Shown: piece after piece, positions 1-12,344 of the stretch
Position numbering within the stretch: the first letter of the stretch is position 1
Layout: each line of letters starts with the position of its first letter
Source: Camelus dromedarius
Taxonomy: Eukaryota
Direction: 5' to 3'
NCBI RefSeq assembly: GCF_036321535.1
Contig: NC_087437.1
Span: forward strand, 69,194,001-69,258,000
Length of the DNA stretch: 64,000 nt
Notes under the pieces: generated by a model
Told to the model about the DNA's origin: nothing
What the model saw: the letters and a program-made list of their open reading frames with translations, nothing else
Database searches by the model: none
Translations under genes and position numbers: made by a program

Positions 1-279
1 AGCTCATTCAACTTAATAAGAAAAAAGCCAACAACCCAATCCAAAAATGAGCAGAAGACCTAAGCAAACAATTCTCCAATGAAGACATACAAATGACCAA
101 TAGGCACATGAAAAAATGCTCAATATCACTAATTATCAGAGAAATGCAAATCAAAACTATAATGAGGTATCACCTCACACCAGTCAGAATGGCCATCATT
201 TAAAAGTCCACAAACAATAAATGCTGAAGAGGCTGTGGATAAAGGGGAACCCTCCTACACTGCTGGTGGGAATGCAGTT
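1..279 (+). mobile_element. LINE-1 ORF2 C-terminal fragment, dead, runs off the left edge
   Basis: Frame from base 3 reads [87 protein letters not shown]. This is the ORF2p cysteine-rich (CCHC) region, with four stop codons. Confidence 0.95.
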
Positions 280-1644
280 AAATTGAGGAATGGTTTGTTT
301 GTATCATTCCCTTACTTTTCATATCAAGTGCCTTCTCCATAAATAATGAAGCAGCAGAACGTAAATGTCTGATTTTCTGCTCTTACAATTCAGATAGCCT
401 CTGCTGCCACTTAATATGACATCAACCAACAAATGACATCCATCAGTGTATGTAGGTAAACCAAGCTTCCACCTCCTGCTGAACCCAGTCTCTTTCACTA
501 ACTTCAGCATTTTTGCTATCTTAGTTTTTGTATGTATGTTTCCTTATTTCATCCTTTTTTTTTTTTTTTGTAAAATGACTTAAATTAACCTAAAAGTTCA
601 ACTGTTAAAATTTATAAATAACAATTACCAGGGTATGAAACCAGCCTCTTTCCTGTGGGGCTGGCAGTACTTAGCCAATTACTTTGTCATTGCCTTAGCA
701 GTATTTACAGTGAAAGGGGCATTGATGCACAGCTTTGTCTGTGGAACCAGGTGACTTGTCCGTATATAATGTGGCATTTTGGGTAGTATTTTTGAAAGAG
801 CTCAGAAAATCCAAGCAAACAGAAAGGGAGAAAGGAAAAAGACAGAAACAGCTTAGGGGCAAGCAGACTAGGGAAGGATCGGGTGTCAGGATTTCAGTAA
901 AACACAGATAGCCCCATTTCAAAGTGGGTTATCTGTGTGTAAAGCTGAAAATATTCCCAAGAATGTCACAGTTTCCCAACGGAAAATCTGTGGATGCTAA
1001 AATAAAAATGGAGCTTGTTAAAAGATAATGACCAGTGATCCGAAGAATTATCCAATGAAGTCCTAAATATGTCAGAGTTAATTCCTTGTGGATAAAGTCT
1101 CAATTTCATTCAATCTTATTCCCAAGAGGAAAGGTTTAGGCACTGAGTTCCCAAGCCCGAGTCTCTTAGGCAGCAACAGAATCATTGCACAGTGTCCAAA
1201 TGTCCATGCATTACTTAAGGATTATGTGTAGACATTCTATATCTCACATGTAAATAAACTACTGTTTTTCAGTAGACTCTATTATAATGCAAAATGTGTT
1301 AAAGATTTTCTGAATGTATTTTTTTTTTTTTTTTACTGGACAATTCCTCAATTACAAAGAGGTAAGAAAATTTGATGATAAAAGGATCTTCTTATTTAGA
1401 AAGTTTGCAGGCCATTCTACATCAGGTCCACTTACATTCAAGGAGAGTTGCCCACTGGCAAGTTAATCTGAGAATCTGGTGTTCAGAAAACGATCTGAGT
1501 TACTTAGGACCATCAACTGTTTTCCTATTAGGGAATAGTGTAAACTATAGTTTGGATGAAATTGCTAAGGGAAAGAGTGTAACATGGGTAGTTAGTATGC
1601 ATAACTCTGTGCTAGATATTCTATGGAGATTAAATAAATGTCCA

Positions 1645-1803
1645 ATAGAAGTAGTTTACAGTGAAGCTTAAGCTTTAGGGCTCCTGGCTTGCACGGGCTG
1701 ACTACTCTGAAGCTTTGTCTTTAGTTCTTCATTTATCATTTTTTTTAAAAGAAAGATTATACTACATACATTTCAGGCTCCACAAAAATCTGGAATCATA
1801 CTG
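1645..1803. mobile_element. Possible hAT (Tip100-group) non-autonomous DNA transposon remnant
   Basis: tttacagtgaagcttaagctttagggctcctggcttgcacgggc and the end ctccacaaaaatctggaatc resemble recalled termini of this group; heavily decayed. Confidence 0.35.
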
Positions 1804-3164
1804 TTTTAGCCCATCAAGGAACTTGTACATATGAGAAATTAAGTAACAGTGAAAGCAGTATGTTACTAATGGTGGCTCAGATGGCCCTTCAAGAATTGCT
1901 GTGGCTGATGTGTTACTATGGACATTTTTAATGAAAAAGCTGAGTCTTAAGGGTTGTGGTGAAACTTGAATGAGGATAGAGAGAAAAAAATAGAAAGGCT
2001 TTTCAGTAAAGAGATGAAGGCACAATGAATAGGGTAAACCGAGCTCAGGTTGTGCTGGAAGAAAAACCCCAAGGGATCTTTGTTTTCAAACTTTTGGCAC
2101 ACCTCTTTACTCGAGGTGGATTAGTAATTGCAATCATACCCCACTGTACTGTGGACTCATTTGGCTCATCATTCTTCACTACAAGATACAGCCTTACTAG
2201 GGTGTTGATAGCTCTATGTTGCTTTAAATTTAGGAATGTGGTGATGATGATTCCTGGGCTCAGAAAGAAGACAGGAGACACAGAGCAGTCCCAGAAGGTC
2301 TATATACATTTCAGAATTGGTTTCCCAATTGTGCTGCAGTGCTGTTACAGTATTTATTATTATTATTATTTGTTTCTTTTATTTTTCTTTATACTTGGTA
2401 AATTTAATGAGCTGTCTCTAAGCAAAGGGACGTCTTTATTCTCACCGCTACCACTCTACTCGAAACTTTTATCAGCGCATAACTGACTTCAGCCTTTGCA
2501 TGCATTGCGTTCTTACTTACTTATGCTGGGCACTGGGTTGAGTACCAGCAATGGGCAGTGAATACTATGGAGCTTATAGTCTAACATTCTAGATTTTCAC
2601 CACTGTGGATTCTTCTGCAAACACAGCTCTTCAGCAGTTCCTTTCCTTTCTCCATAAGCAATTGTTGGCTTTCAGTGAATGTCCCATCAGCCTCAATTTT
2701 AAAGGCTTTAGTGTATCTAACCTTCAGGGCTTAGTGTATCTCTCTGTAATACTCATCCTCTCTTTTTGTCAGCAATGTTTCCTGATATCAACATGCCTTC
2801 ATTTACTTTTTTGTATTAATGTTTTCTTTTCCTTCAGGATGTATAGTTTATTTTTTTTCCCCTCAATTTGCATAAATTCTAGTCCTTAAGCTCTTCCTCC
2901 TTTAAGAAACCATTAATTATTCTATCCTTAATTATTTTTCCTTATTTATTTGTTTGTTTGTTTATTTTGGAACTTCTAGGTAGTACCAAACAATTTTGTG
3001 CTTCAGTATTTGCCAACGGTTTTGTGTATTTTAGCTTTGTATCCTCAACAAGAATGCAAACTCCCTAAATCACAGACTCAGGAAAGGTTGGAGACTATAC
3101 AAATGCCTTGGTCCTGGTATTCTCCTCTTCAGTGCTTGTGTTGATGCACTTACTCAAGTATATC

Positions 3165-3265
3165 ACATTCTTTGCATTTTAAAGAAGAGGAAATAAAACT
3201 CCAGGGAAAATAAATGACTTTCTTATGGTCGAGTAACTAGTAATTAGCAGATCCTGGCCTGGATC
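3165..3265 (-). mobile_element. MIR SINE fragment
   Basis: Antisense MIR core-like: agaagaggaaa...aatgactttcttatggtc...actagtaattagcagatcctgg. Confidence 0.55.
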
Positions 3266-5529
3266 ACTGCTATTTCCATGAAGCCTTGTTTTCTATTCCC
3301 TGTGTAATGCCTGGAACAGAGCTGAACAAGTAGAAAGTGCTCAATGATTTATTTTAATACTAGCTACAGAGTGGAGTATGTTTGTTGCTATGTTCTATTC
3401 TGTGCCTCGTATATGACCAAAGGAAGGGAGTGACAACAGGACACCTATTTGTCCCTTGACGTGAGTAAATACAGGGTGGCAAAACCTGTAGGGCCAATGA
3501 AAATAACAAAGGTGAGCAATTCGTTTGAAATTACTTTCATGCTGATTTGGGGTGATAATTGCATTTCTAGAGTTGATGACCTGACAGAAGCTTTTAGCTG
3601 TAGACATCTATTGTCACCACCAGATCTCAGTGCGCAGCCCCCCACAGTAGGCAATTTATTTGGCTTGGCAAACTCCATTCTCTTTCTTTTCATTAGTGAA
3701 GTTGGCCTCTTGGGGATAGCATTTTCAAGAGTAATGCAAATACCTCCTTTCCTATCAATAAAGCTGTGATTTACAGTATTTAATCTACTTGAAAGGCAAG
3801 AAAAATGGAAGTCTGCATACAGGAGAAATGAAATTATAATAAAATGGCACACTCCCCAAAGTTTTCTTAATATGTGGAGTATTAACCTGGCACTCAGCCT
3901 TATTTGCTGCATACAGAGTTTCATCAATCAGAAGAATGGAAAGCCTGGATTTCTAAGACTCTTTTTAAGGCATTTGACATACTAGGTTCTGCAGATTTTA
4001 CTGGATGAATAACGTGATACTTTATCTGCAATACCTCCTCTGTTGTCCTGTGTAAGACTGAACCTCTATGGAGAACCTCTAGCTAGTTCTTACAATTTCT
4101 GCCTCGTACTTCTCCGAGTTCCACCTTTCACCTGCATACCACTGTACTCTACAGCATCCTGTGTCCCTCACTCGAGTATAAAACACTCAGCTTTCATTAG
4201 TAGGAGCTTTCTCAGATTTTTTTCTTCTCCACAGATAATTGCCCCTCAGAGAAGTCAGGGCTATGGAAAATTAGTAATGTTTTGTCACTAGCTTAGAAAC
4301 ACTGGAATGAAATTTAAATCTTTCCCCAATGAACTATAAACTGCTCTCTCTTCCTCGGCCTCAAAACTTTAGTGTGATTTAATGTTTATTCAGCACCAAG
4401 AACGTATAGCCTCTTCAAAACCACATTCTGTTTATCTAGCACTCTAAAGTTCTAAAGACGTCACGTACTTTGCCTAATTAGTACTCCCCAGACCCTAGTG
4501 CAGAAGGAAAGGAGGACGGGAACATTATCCCCACCACATACACAGGAAAGGAAGCACAGACTCTTCAAACAAGATAATTGAAGTCAGTGGCCACAGAACA
4601 TGAATGGAACATCGATTCCTGATTCATTCTGATCTAACTGATAAATGATATTCTTATTTTTCTCTATTTTCACTTTTAAAATCATCTGTTTCTGCCACCT
4701 GTTTTAGATCCTAGTTCATTCTCATTTTACATTTTAAAGAAAACTGATGGTTTTTTTTTTAATCTTGGTATAATCTTCATTCTTTTGTGCAGTATTGTTA
4801 TCAGTCCATTTCCTCTTCCCTTTCTTCTTTCACTTACAATTGCATTTAAACTCATTATTGTGGGAAACATCACAAGAGGGAAAGATGGTGAAGACATTCA
4901 GCTTTTCTCTCTCTCTTTCTCTCTTTCTGTTCCTGGTGCTGTGTTCAGTGCAGGCTCTCTGTTCTCATTGAGGCTACAGCTTCTTTGCTAAATCACTGCT
5001 TTGTATTCAGCCAGGGACCATGGAGTATTCCCAGTGTATTTATTTTCTGTTCCTGAGCTGAATGCTGGGTTCTTCTTTGTCCTGATGCCTTCTGCAAAGG
5101 AGTTTTAAGAGGCGGGGGATGGAGGGTGAAAGAGAAGGAGGGGGAGGAATGCCAATAAAGCTTCCTCTATCCCCCAGAGGGATGTGCGTAAACGTCTTTA
5201 ACATTGCTTCACTCAGTGTTCTCCTCTCTGCTGCCCTTGCCCTTAATTGGATCTAGACTCTAGAGGAAATCACTTTGTTAATGGGATGGTTAAAGAAAAA
5301 GAGAGGTGGAAGTTGACTGTGCTCAGTTCTGGCAGTTTGTCCTCTTTGGGAATAAAGTCTCAGATGCCTGATTTGGGGAAGGGATTCTGCTTTCCTGATC
5401 ATGAGGAAATACAGCTTCCCTTCTTTTGCACTTTTTTTTCTCTCAGAATGGCAGGTTATTTTCTGTGTCTCCTAAAAAATACATAAAACTGATTTGCTTA
5501 GAAAATATGGGTCAGCCACTTACTCAGCC

Positions 5530-5860
5530 ATGTATCTATTTGTCCATTCATTTATTTATTCATGTATTTGACAAATGGCTGGTAAACATGTCTTTGTACC
5601 AGGTCCTGTCCTAAGTTGTGGAAATAAAATGGTAAATGAGAGAAATAAAGTCCCTGCCCTCATGGGACTTACATTCCAATTGAGGAAAAGGCAATAAACA
5701 AATATTCCAGTGCATATATAAGAGTTATAGTCTGTGTTAGTGCTATACTTGAAAATCCACAGGATATAATAACAGAAACTCTAAAGGGGCTACTTTGGTT
5801 AATGTTTCCAGGTAAGGCCCTCTGAAGGGGTAATATTGAAGCTAAGATGTAAAAGCTGCT
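5530..5860 (-). mobile_element. L2 LINE 3' fragment
   Basis: cattcatttatttattcat tail, then tgtaccaggtcctgtcctaag and gtccctgccctcatgggacttacattc, typical of the antisense L2 3' end. Confidence 0.75.
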
Positions 5861-5881
5861 TACATAAGCTAGTCAGCACTA

Positions 5882-7140
5882 TTTATTTATTTTTAGCAGT
5901 TTTAATGGCGTGGAACTTATATGTCATAGAATTTAGTGATTATTAGTAAAGGTGCAGAGTTGTGTAAACATCACCACAAGGTAGTTTTTGAACATTTCCA
6001 TCATCCCTAAACGATCCCTCATTCCCGTTTTAGTTAATCCCCATTCCCACTCTGGACTCTGGACAGTCACCAGTCTACTTTCTGTCTGTATATACTTGCT
6101 TTTTGTGTACATTTCATATAAATAGAACTGTACAATATGTGGTCTTTTGCATTTGCCTTCTTTCACTTAGCATGTTTTTGAGGATCATTCGTATTGTAGC
6201 ATGCTTTAGTATTTTACTCTTTTTTTTGACAGAATGGTATTCCATCATATGGAAAAACCATACAGTATGTTTAATCATTTCACCAGTTGATGTACACTTT
6301 TCTGCTGTTATGAACAATGGTGGTGTGAACATTCGTGAACCATTCTTTGTGTTAACATGTGTTTTCATTATCTTCTCTAGATACCTAGGATTAGAATTGC
6401 TGGATTGTATACAAAATTTATATTTAACTTCTAAGAAATTATTGCACTCTTTTCCAATGTAGGTATACTATTTTACATTCTCACCAGCAATATATACAGT
6501 TCCAATTTCTCCAAGCCTTGCCAACATTTATTGATGTTTGTATTTTTGATATAGCCATTTATGTCAGTATGTAGTTGTATCCTGTGCTTTACTTTGTACT
6601 TACCTAAAAACCTAATGTTGACTTTTTCAAGTGCTTTTTAGCCATTTGCATATCTTTTTTGATAATATGCCCCATTTTTAATTGGGATGTTCATTTTATA
6701 ATTGCATTGTAAAACTTTTTTATATATTCTGAATGTAAGCCCTTTATCAGATATATACACTTACAAATATGTTCTTATACCCTATAGCTCATCATTTCAG
6801 CTTATTTTGAAGTACAGAAGTTTTTTTTTTTTTTAATTTTGGTAAGTCCAGTTTATCAAGTTCTTTCTCTTATGAATTGCGCTTTTGGTATCAGATTTAA
6901 AAACTTTTCACCTAGGCCAAAGTTACAAAGATTTATTCCAAGTTTTTTTTTTTTTCTAAAATTTTTGTAGTTTTAGTTCCTACATTTAGGTCTATGATTC
7001 ACTTTTCATTCATTTCTGTGAATGGTATGAGGTAGATTCTAAATTAATTTTTTTTCATTATGAATATCCACTTGGTAGAGAACCATTTATTAAAAAGACT
7101 ATCCTATATCTATAGAATTGATTTTGCACTTTGACAATCT
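5882..7140 (-). mobile_element. Old L1M-type LINE-1, 3' UTR plus end of ORF2, 5'-truncated
   Basis: Antisense L1 3' UTR (gttgtgtaaacatcaccac, tttcacttagcatgtttttgagg, ttttacattctcaccagcaat). ORF 6114-6368 (-) contains KTHVNTK..RMFT..LFITAEK..WFFHMMEYHSVKK, like the ORF2p C-terminus. Confidence 0.92.
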
Positions 7141-8209
7141 GTTTATTTTTAAATTACTCTGAATCAGTAGGGAATAAAGGCCCACGAAGCTGAAATTTGT
7201 TAGCTTGTTCCTAGATCAGTCATTGCCATGGCATGCATGAAATCTGTAGTTTTCCATGCCTGTTACTGCCTGGTTTTCTAAAAGATGTACAAGATACAAT
7301 TCTTTCATTTAGTATGGACTGTATTATGTATGGGAGATAAGAGTACTTTTTTTATTCTCAAAAAGTTTTTAATACAGGAATGATATATATGCATTAGCAT
7401 ACATATCAATAAAAGTAGGTACAGTGTCACTTTTAGATGTTATAAAGAGCAAAATGAAGAAAACAAAATTTTTAAGTCAAAAGAAGCTGACATATGGGAG
7501 TTATTTTAATAAAAGCCATGATGATAAATATATTACCAGTTGCTCAATTGTGAATTCAAAATGCTTTGCTCTAATTTTTAAATAGCTATTACAAGTAGAT
7601 GAATACAGAGAGTTACAGCCATCTTCATGTTGGAAGATAAGCAACTTACCATATCTTTTCAGGTCCAAATTGGCTCAATTTGCCTTAATGTTGTTTGTTT
7701 CCATCCTGCTAATTTACACTCCTGGGTTTCCACTAGTCTGTCCTGCTCCTATTGATGCCTATTTTGGATTATTTAAAAGGTACTGTTTTATCCTAAATAA
7801 ATGTCTTTGAGATCCTACTTGTCTTCACACTCTGAATCTTGACCCAATCTGCATCACTTTACTCCTTTCCTATTTTACTAGTATTGTTGTCTAGACCAAA
7901 AACCCAGAGCACTCATTTTCTAGGAAAGAGATTTAAATAATTATAAAACTAATGTAACTTAAAATCTCATTAACCTATTCCTCGAACCTTCCAGAAACAC
8001 AAGAAATAATCTAATTCCTATAACTTCTAAATAAAAGCAGTAAATGATTTATTTAATAAGCATTCAGGGAATTTAAAAAGGGAATCACTTGTATCTGGCA
8101 TGGTCAACAAAGACTTCAAAATATGTGCCAAATGAAGATCCTTGAAGTATGATTAACTTTGTGCAGATGTCGGAAGAACAGAAAAGTAGGCAACTCCAGA
8201 CAGTGTAGT

Positions 8210-9110
8210 TTCATTTATTTATTCATTCATCCATTCATTCATCACCAAGTATAATGCAAGAGAGAGAAAGCACGGAGTGCTTTTGGAGAATACTTGTGAG
8301 TCATCTACACAGAATGGGAGACAATGGGAAACACTGTTAGAAAGATGACATCAATATAGAATATTTAACATTCAATTAAAAGTTAACCCATAATGATCAG
8401 AAGGAAGGACAGATTTTCTGGATGAGGAAATAACATGTGCAAAGGCAGAGACACTTAAAGGTGTTTGGAGAATTCAGGGCATTGAAAGTGAGTTGGTAAG
8501 GAAGAAGCACAGTATGAATATAAGATAAGCATGAGCAATGGAGTACAAGGTGATTTTAGGAAATGGTGAATCTTTGTTGGGCAAGTAGGAAGACTGCAAA
8601 GAGAAGGTAGATACATTTGGAAATGTGGAATGTATCAGTGTGAGTCACCATGAATACTATGTTTAGGAGTCTGAATTTAATTTCAGTTTTTTCAGGCAAG
8701 GGGAAGTGATTGGGTAACTCACATTGCTATAGTTGTGGCCTGTGAGGTAGTTTGAAGGTGGGGAGAGGCTGGCCATAGGGGCATCATCTAGAAGTGTATT
8801 GCAGCAGTACATGCTTGACAATGAAGGGGTAGCTAGAGTAGTCAGTGTGGTACTGAAATAACTAATAAGACATAAGAAATGTTCTTAATAAATGATCAAA
8901 AGCATTTGTGGCTGGTTGACTTAATGTGGCAAAGATGAGTGAGGAGTCAAAGATGTCATTGAAGTTTCAAGCTTGCAAGTAATAGAAAATTAAGAAAAAG
9001 GAGCATTTTGGGTGAGGAAAAGGTGATAAAATAGCTTTTCAGACCTGCTGAGTTTTAGATGACATGAAAATATCTATGGAGCTTTTCTGCTAGTCGACTA
9101 AGGTAAATGA
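8210..9110 (-). mobile_element. Decayed L2 fragments
   Basis: (ATTC)n-like tail at 8210-8243, then aacatgtgcaaaggcagag and gaggagtcaaagatg...gaagtttcaagcttg, typical antisense L2 segments. Confidence 0.6.
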
Positions 9111-10549
9111 CTAAATCTCATAAGTGAGATGGGTGGTGAAGACTGGATTGGGAAGTTTTCCACAATGTGATGGAAGAAAGAATAGTACTTTAAAATAAAC
9201 ATAAATGGCATAAAAATGCATGGATTTCATTGCGGTTGTACAGGAAAATGACCAAGTGAAAATCCGGGTACCAGTGAGAAACATATAGCATAAACACATA
9301 TTTATGAAACAAATTCTCTAGAGATGGTACAGCTTTTCAAGACTGCATCAGTGAGATCTCAAGGGAGTTTAGGTTGTTAAGTCACTTTGATTAGTCTCAA
9401 ATTGGTCACTCCTATCTCTCCAGGTTGTAATATTTTCTTCCCCAATACGCAAAAGTACCATGAGTCCTTGCTGTGATCCCTCCAGCAGTAAATCCACAAG
9501 ACCTGCAGGGTCCTGGTACTCAGTGACAAAGGGGAAAACTATTTTACTAATGGAACCTCAAAGAAATACAAAAGAGTTGTGTTACCTTCTTGTCCTCATT
9601 TATTTATCATAATCAGGACTGACAAGTGAAACAAAGAGGCTCATTCCCTTAAAGCAACAGGAGACCAAGCCAGTTGATTTAAAAAAAAAAAGGTCAGGAT
9701 GTAAGCCAAACTCTTCCCCTTCCTTTCTCATCCCTTTGTCCTATTTCTGATTTGTGTTTTCTTGTCAGCATTTTCTCCAACAGATCGATTCCTCTTCAGC
9801 TAGTCCCAGTGATTTTTAAGCAAAAAGAGAAGCTTACTCTTTGCAGGTGAGAGATAATCAAATTGAATATTACACAGCCCCTGAAGTGCAGGTGGCTGAT
9901 AACAAGAGCCAGACTCAATATCCTGACAGATGTTGTCTTGGACTGATTAATCTCTGCTCTGACTCTGGTGGAGCCCTCCTCCAGTGTGGATAGCACAGCC
10001 CCTTGGCCTCATCCCAGATGGGTTTATGCACGGCAGGGGCTGGCTCAGGATGATAGCCATGTTAACAGTGCAGTAGAATCTCTTCCTTCTGAGCAGAAAG
10101 AAATGAAACTCTGGCTTGCCTACCTCTATTGTGAAATCTACTGTAGTGGAAGGCCCGATTCTGGGCTTAGTTTATGGTACTCAGAATAAAGGAATAAAAG
10201 TGTTTCTGTTCTGAGTTTTTAGTTGAGACAAAAAAGAAAAAAAAGAAAAAAAAAAGAAAAGGAGGCATTTCCCTTTCGAACTTCAAGAATTGAAGGATCA
10301 CACATTTTGTGGTAGAAAAAATATGGGAGACAGAACAAATAGGATTTTAAAAAGTGAAAATAGAAGAGCAAATATTTACAAGACTGCTCTCAAATGTAAG
10401 TGGCGGTGGGTGGGGGAGGGTACTTCATTCTCTCACTTTTCCTCTGGCCTCTCCTCTCCCTCCTTCCTTTTGCCTTTTCCTTCCCCACTCTCGTCTTTCC
10501 TTCCTGCCTGCTTCTTCTTGCCTCCTTCTAATCTCCCTCTTTGATTCTG

Positions 10550-10870
10550 TTTAACAGTATGTATTGTTTATTATTAAGATGCTCTGTGAATGCTGAGGAG
10601 ATAAAGAAGACCAAGCAAAGTGCATCAGGGACATGCCTTCAACTTAGCAGGGGACCCAGGAGGTAGACAAATCACAGAACAGCCATGTAAGAAGTCCGTA
10701 ACAAAGTACCATGTGCGCTGGGAACAAGGGGAAACTGGGGAGGCTTTATGTAAGAGAGCAGGTTTGTCCTGAGTTTTGAAGGATGGCTAGGTGTTCACCA
10801 GAAGGGCAAGGAAAGGAGTATTCCTAAGAAAAGTTAACGTGTGCAGAAAGAGCATGGTGTACTGGAGGCA
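10550..10870 (-). mobile_element. L2 fragment
   Basis: ctgagttttgaaggatggctaggtgttcaccagaag...gtgtgcagaaag matches the antisense L2 pattern. Confidence 0.6.
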
Positions 10871-12344
10871 GTGTGTCCACTGCAGTGCAGCCCCACTAAC
10901 CAGCAGTGTCAAAGTCAGCATGGATGCCACCTTGAAACGCGCAGCAGAGACACCACCACCACCTGCCTTGCTACCTTCATTCTCTCAGCGCCACTGTTTG
11001 CTTATTGTCATTTTGTTTCTCTACCTCTTTCCAAATGTAGGGTCTCAAACCAGTGACCCAGTGTTCAATGTCTTCCAGCTCTATCCCAGTGATTCCTTTA
11101 AACTCTCGTTTTAACAGTCACAGGTCACTACAGTTGTGAAGTAAAAATGCCTCAGTCCTTGTTTTATTCCAGTCCTGGGGTAAAACAAGGCTAGGTACCC
11201 ACCAGAGAGGATCTCTGCATGGTTTGGAGAACAAGCAGTTAGGTGGGGTGAGTACTGGAAGAGCAGAGGGAAGTGAGTCTGGAAAAGCAGTGAAGGCTAG
11301 TCCAGGAGGAGGAAGGACAAAGAAAACAACCAAAAATGTGAGTTTCTTGAGACCTTGTCGTGTCCAGCTTTGTGACCCCAGTCCCCTGGCACAGTTTCTG
11401 ACCTAGAAGTAGTCAGTGCTTGTTGAATCATTTGTTGCAATAATGCTGATTGAAGGCAAATGGTTGAGAACGATTTCCCCCACCACCTTGGTTTTACAAA
11501 ATAAAATAAAGTTATAATCTATGGAAATAAAGTCCACGTGAATTATAACTCTGCTTCTTTGAATTTATGTATGATTTCTATGCTTAGAATTGCAGGAATA
11601 TATAGGGAAGCCTTTGTGAATGTCATTGCTTTAAGGAAAGTGTTTGACTTGGAATAAACACTGTATTTTAAAATTTCCAAATATACACAATACTTTGCCC
11701 CAGCCCTGCTCCTTTCACCCCACCCCCTGCTAGACTACTTGTCTTCCTCCTCTGCCTGCTTTTCACCCCATCCTTTGCCCAAAGCCCTGTTGACATATTT
11801 CAGAGTCTTTCATTTGCATTCTCCCGCAAGGGCCTATGTTAATTTGACATCAGCAGCATTACAATGCAGCATGAAGGGTAAAGCACTATTGTTATTTATT
11901 ATGATGTTTTGAGTTTACACTTTACCTGTGGGAAGTTTCAAATGCCTGCATCATGCCAGTCTGCAGTAATCATCTATACACATAATTGAGGGCACGTCAG
12001 CTCTCTCTCCACGGAAGAAGAAAATAAGGCTATCTGGGCAACTCTTCCTGCACCGTTCGGAAGAGAACAATCCCCTACCCCATTCATTTTGTTACACATA
12101 TTGAAAAGCACCAAGAAACCTATTTCTTGGTCTCAAGCCCATTGACCTACCTGTATTTGTTAAAGCAGATTTAACTTTGTCCCCCGACCTCTGTCAGGTT
12201 GGGCTAATGTGTCTGTAGCCCTCCCTCATCAATATTTGTCTTTACCTTGTGAAGCAGGAAATATATGTCTTTACCTTGTTCAACAACCATTTTTTGAACA
12301 CATCTCTCTATAATTTCTTACTCTGTCTGTCATTTATGACCTCA

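Noticed and set aside
2025..3927. Overlapping ORFs of 106-160 aa (2025-2486, 3445-3927, 3449-3769)
   Set aside because: No recognisable domain, low-complexity Phe/Leu/Tyr runs, and no exon-like splice boundaries; expected by chance.
4389..4409. REST/RE1 site (TTCAGCACC)
   Set aside because: Only the left half-site matches; the GGACAG half is missing.
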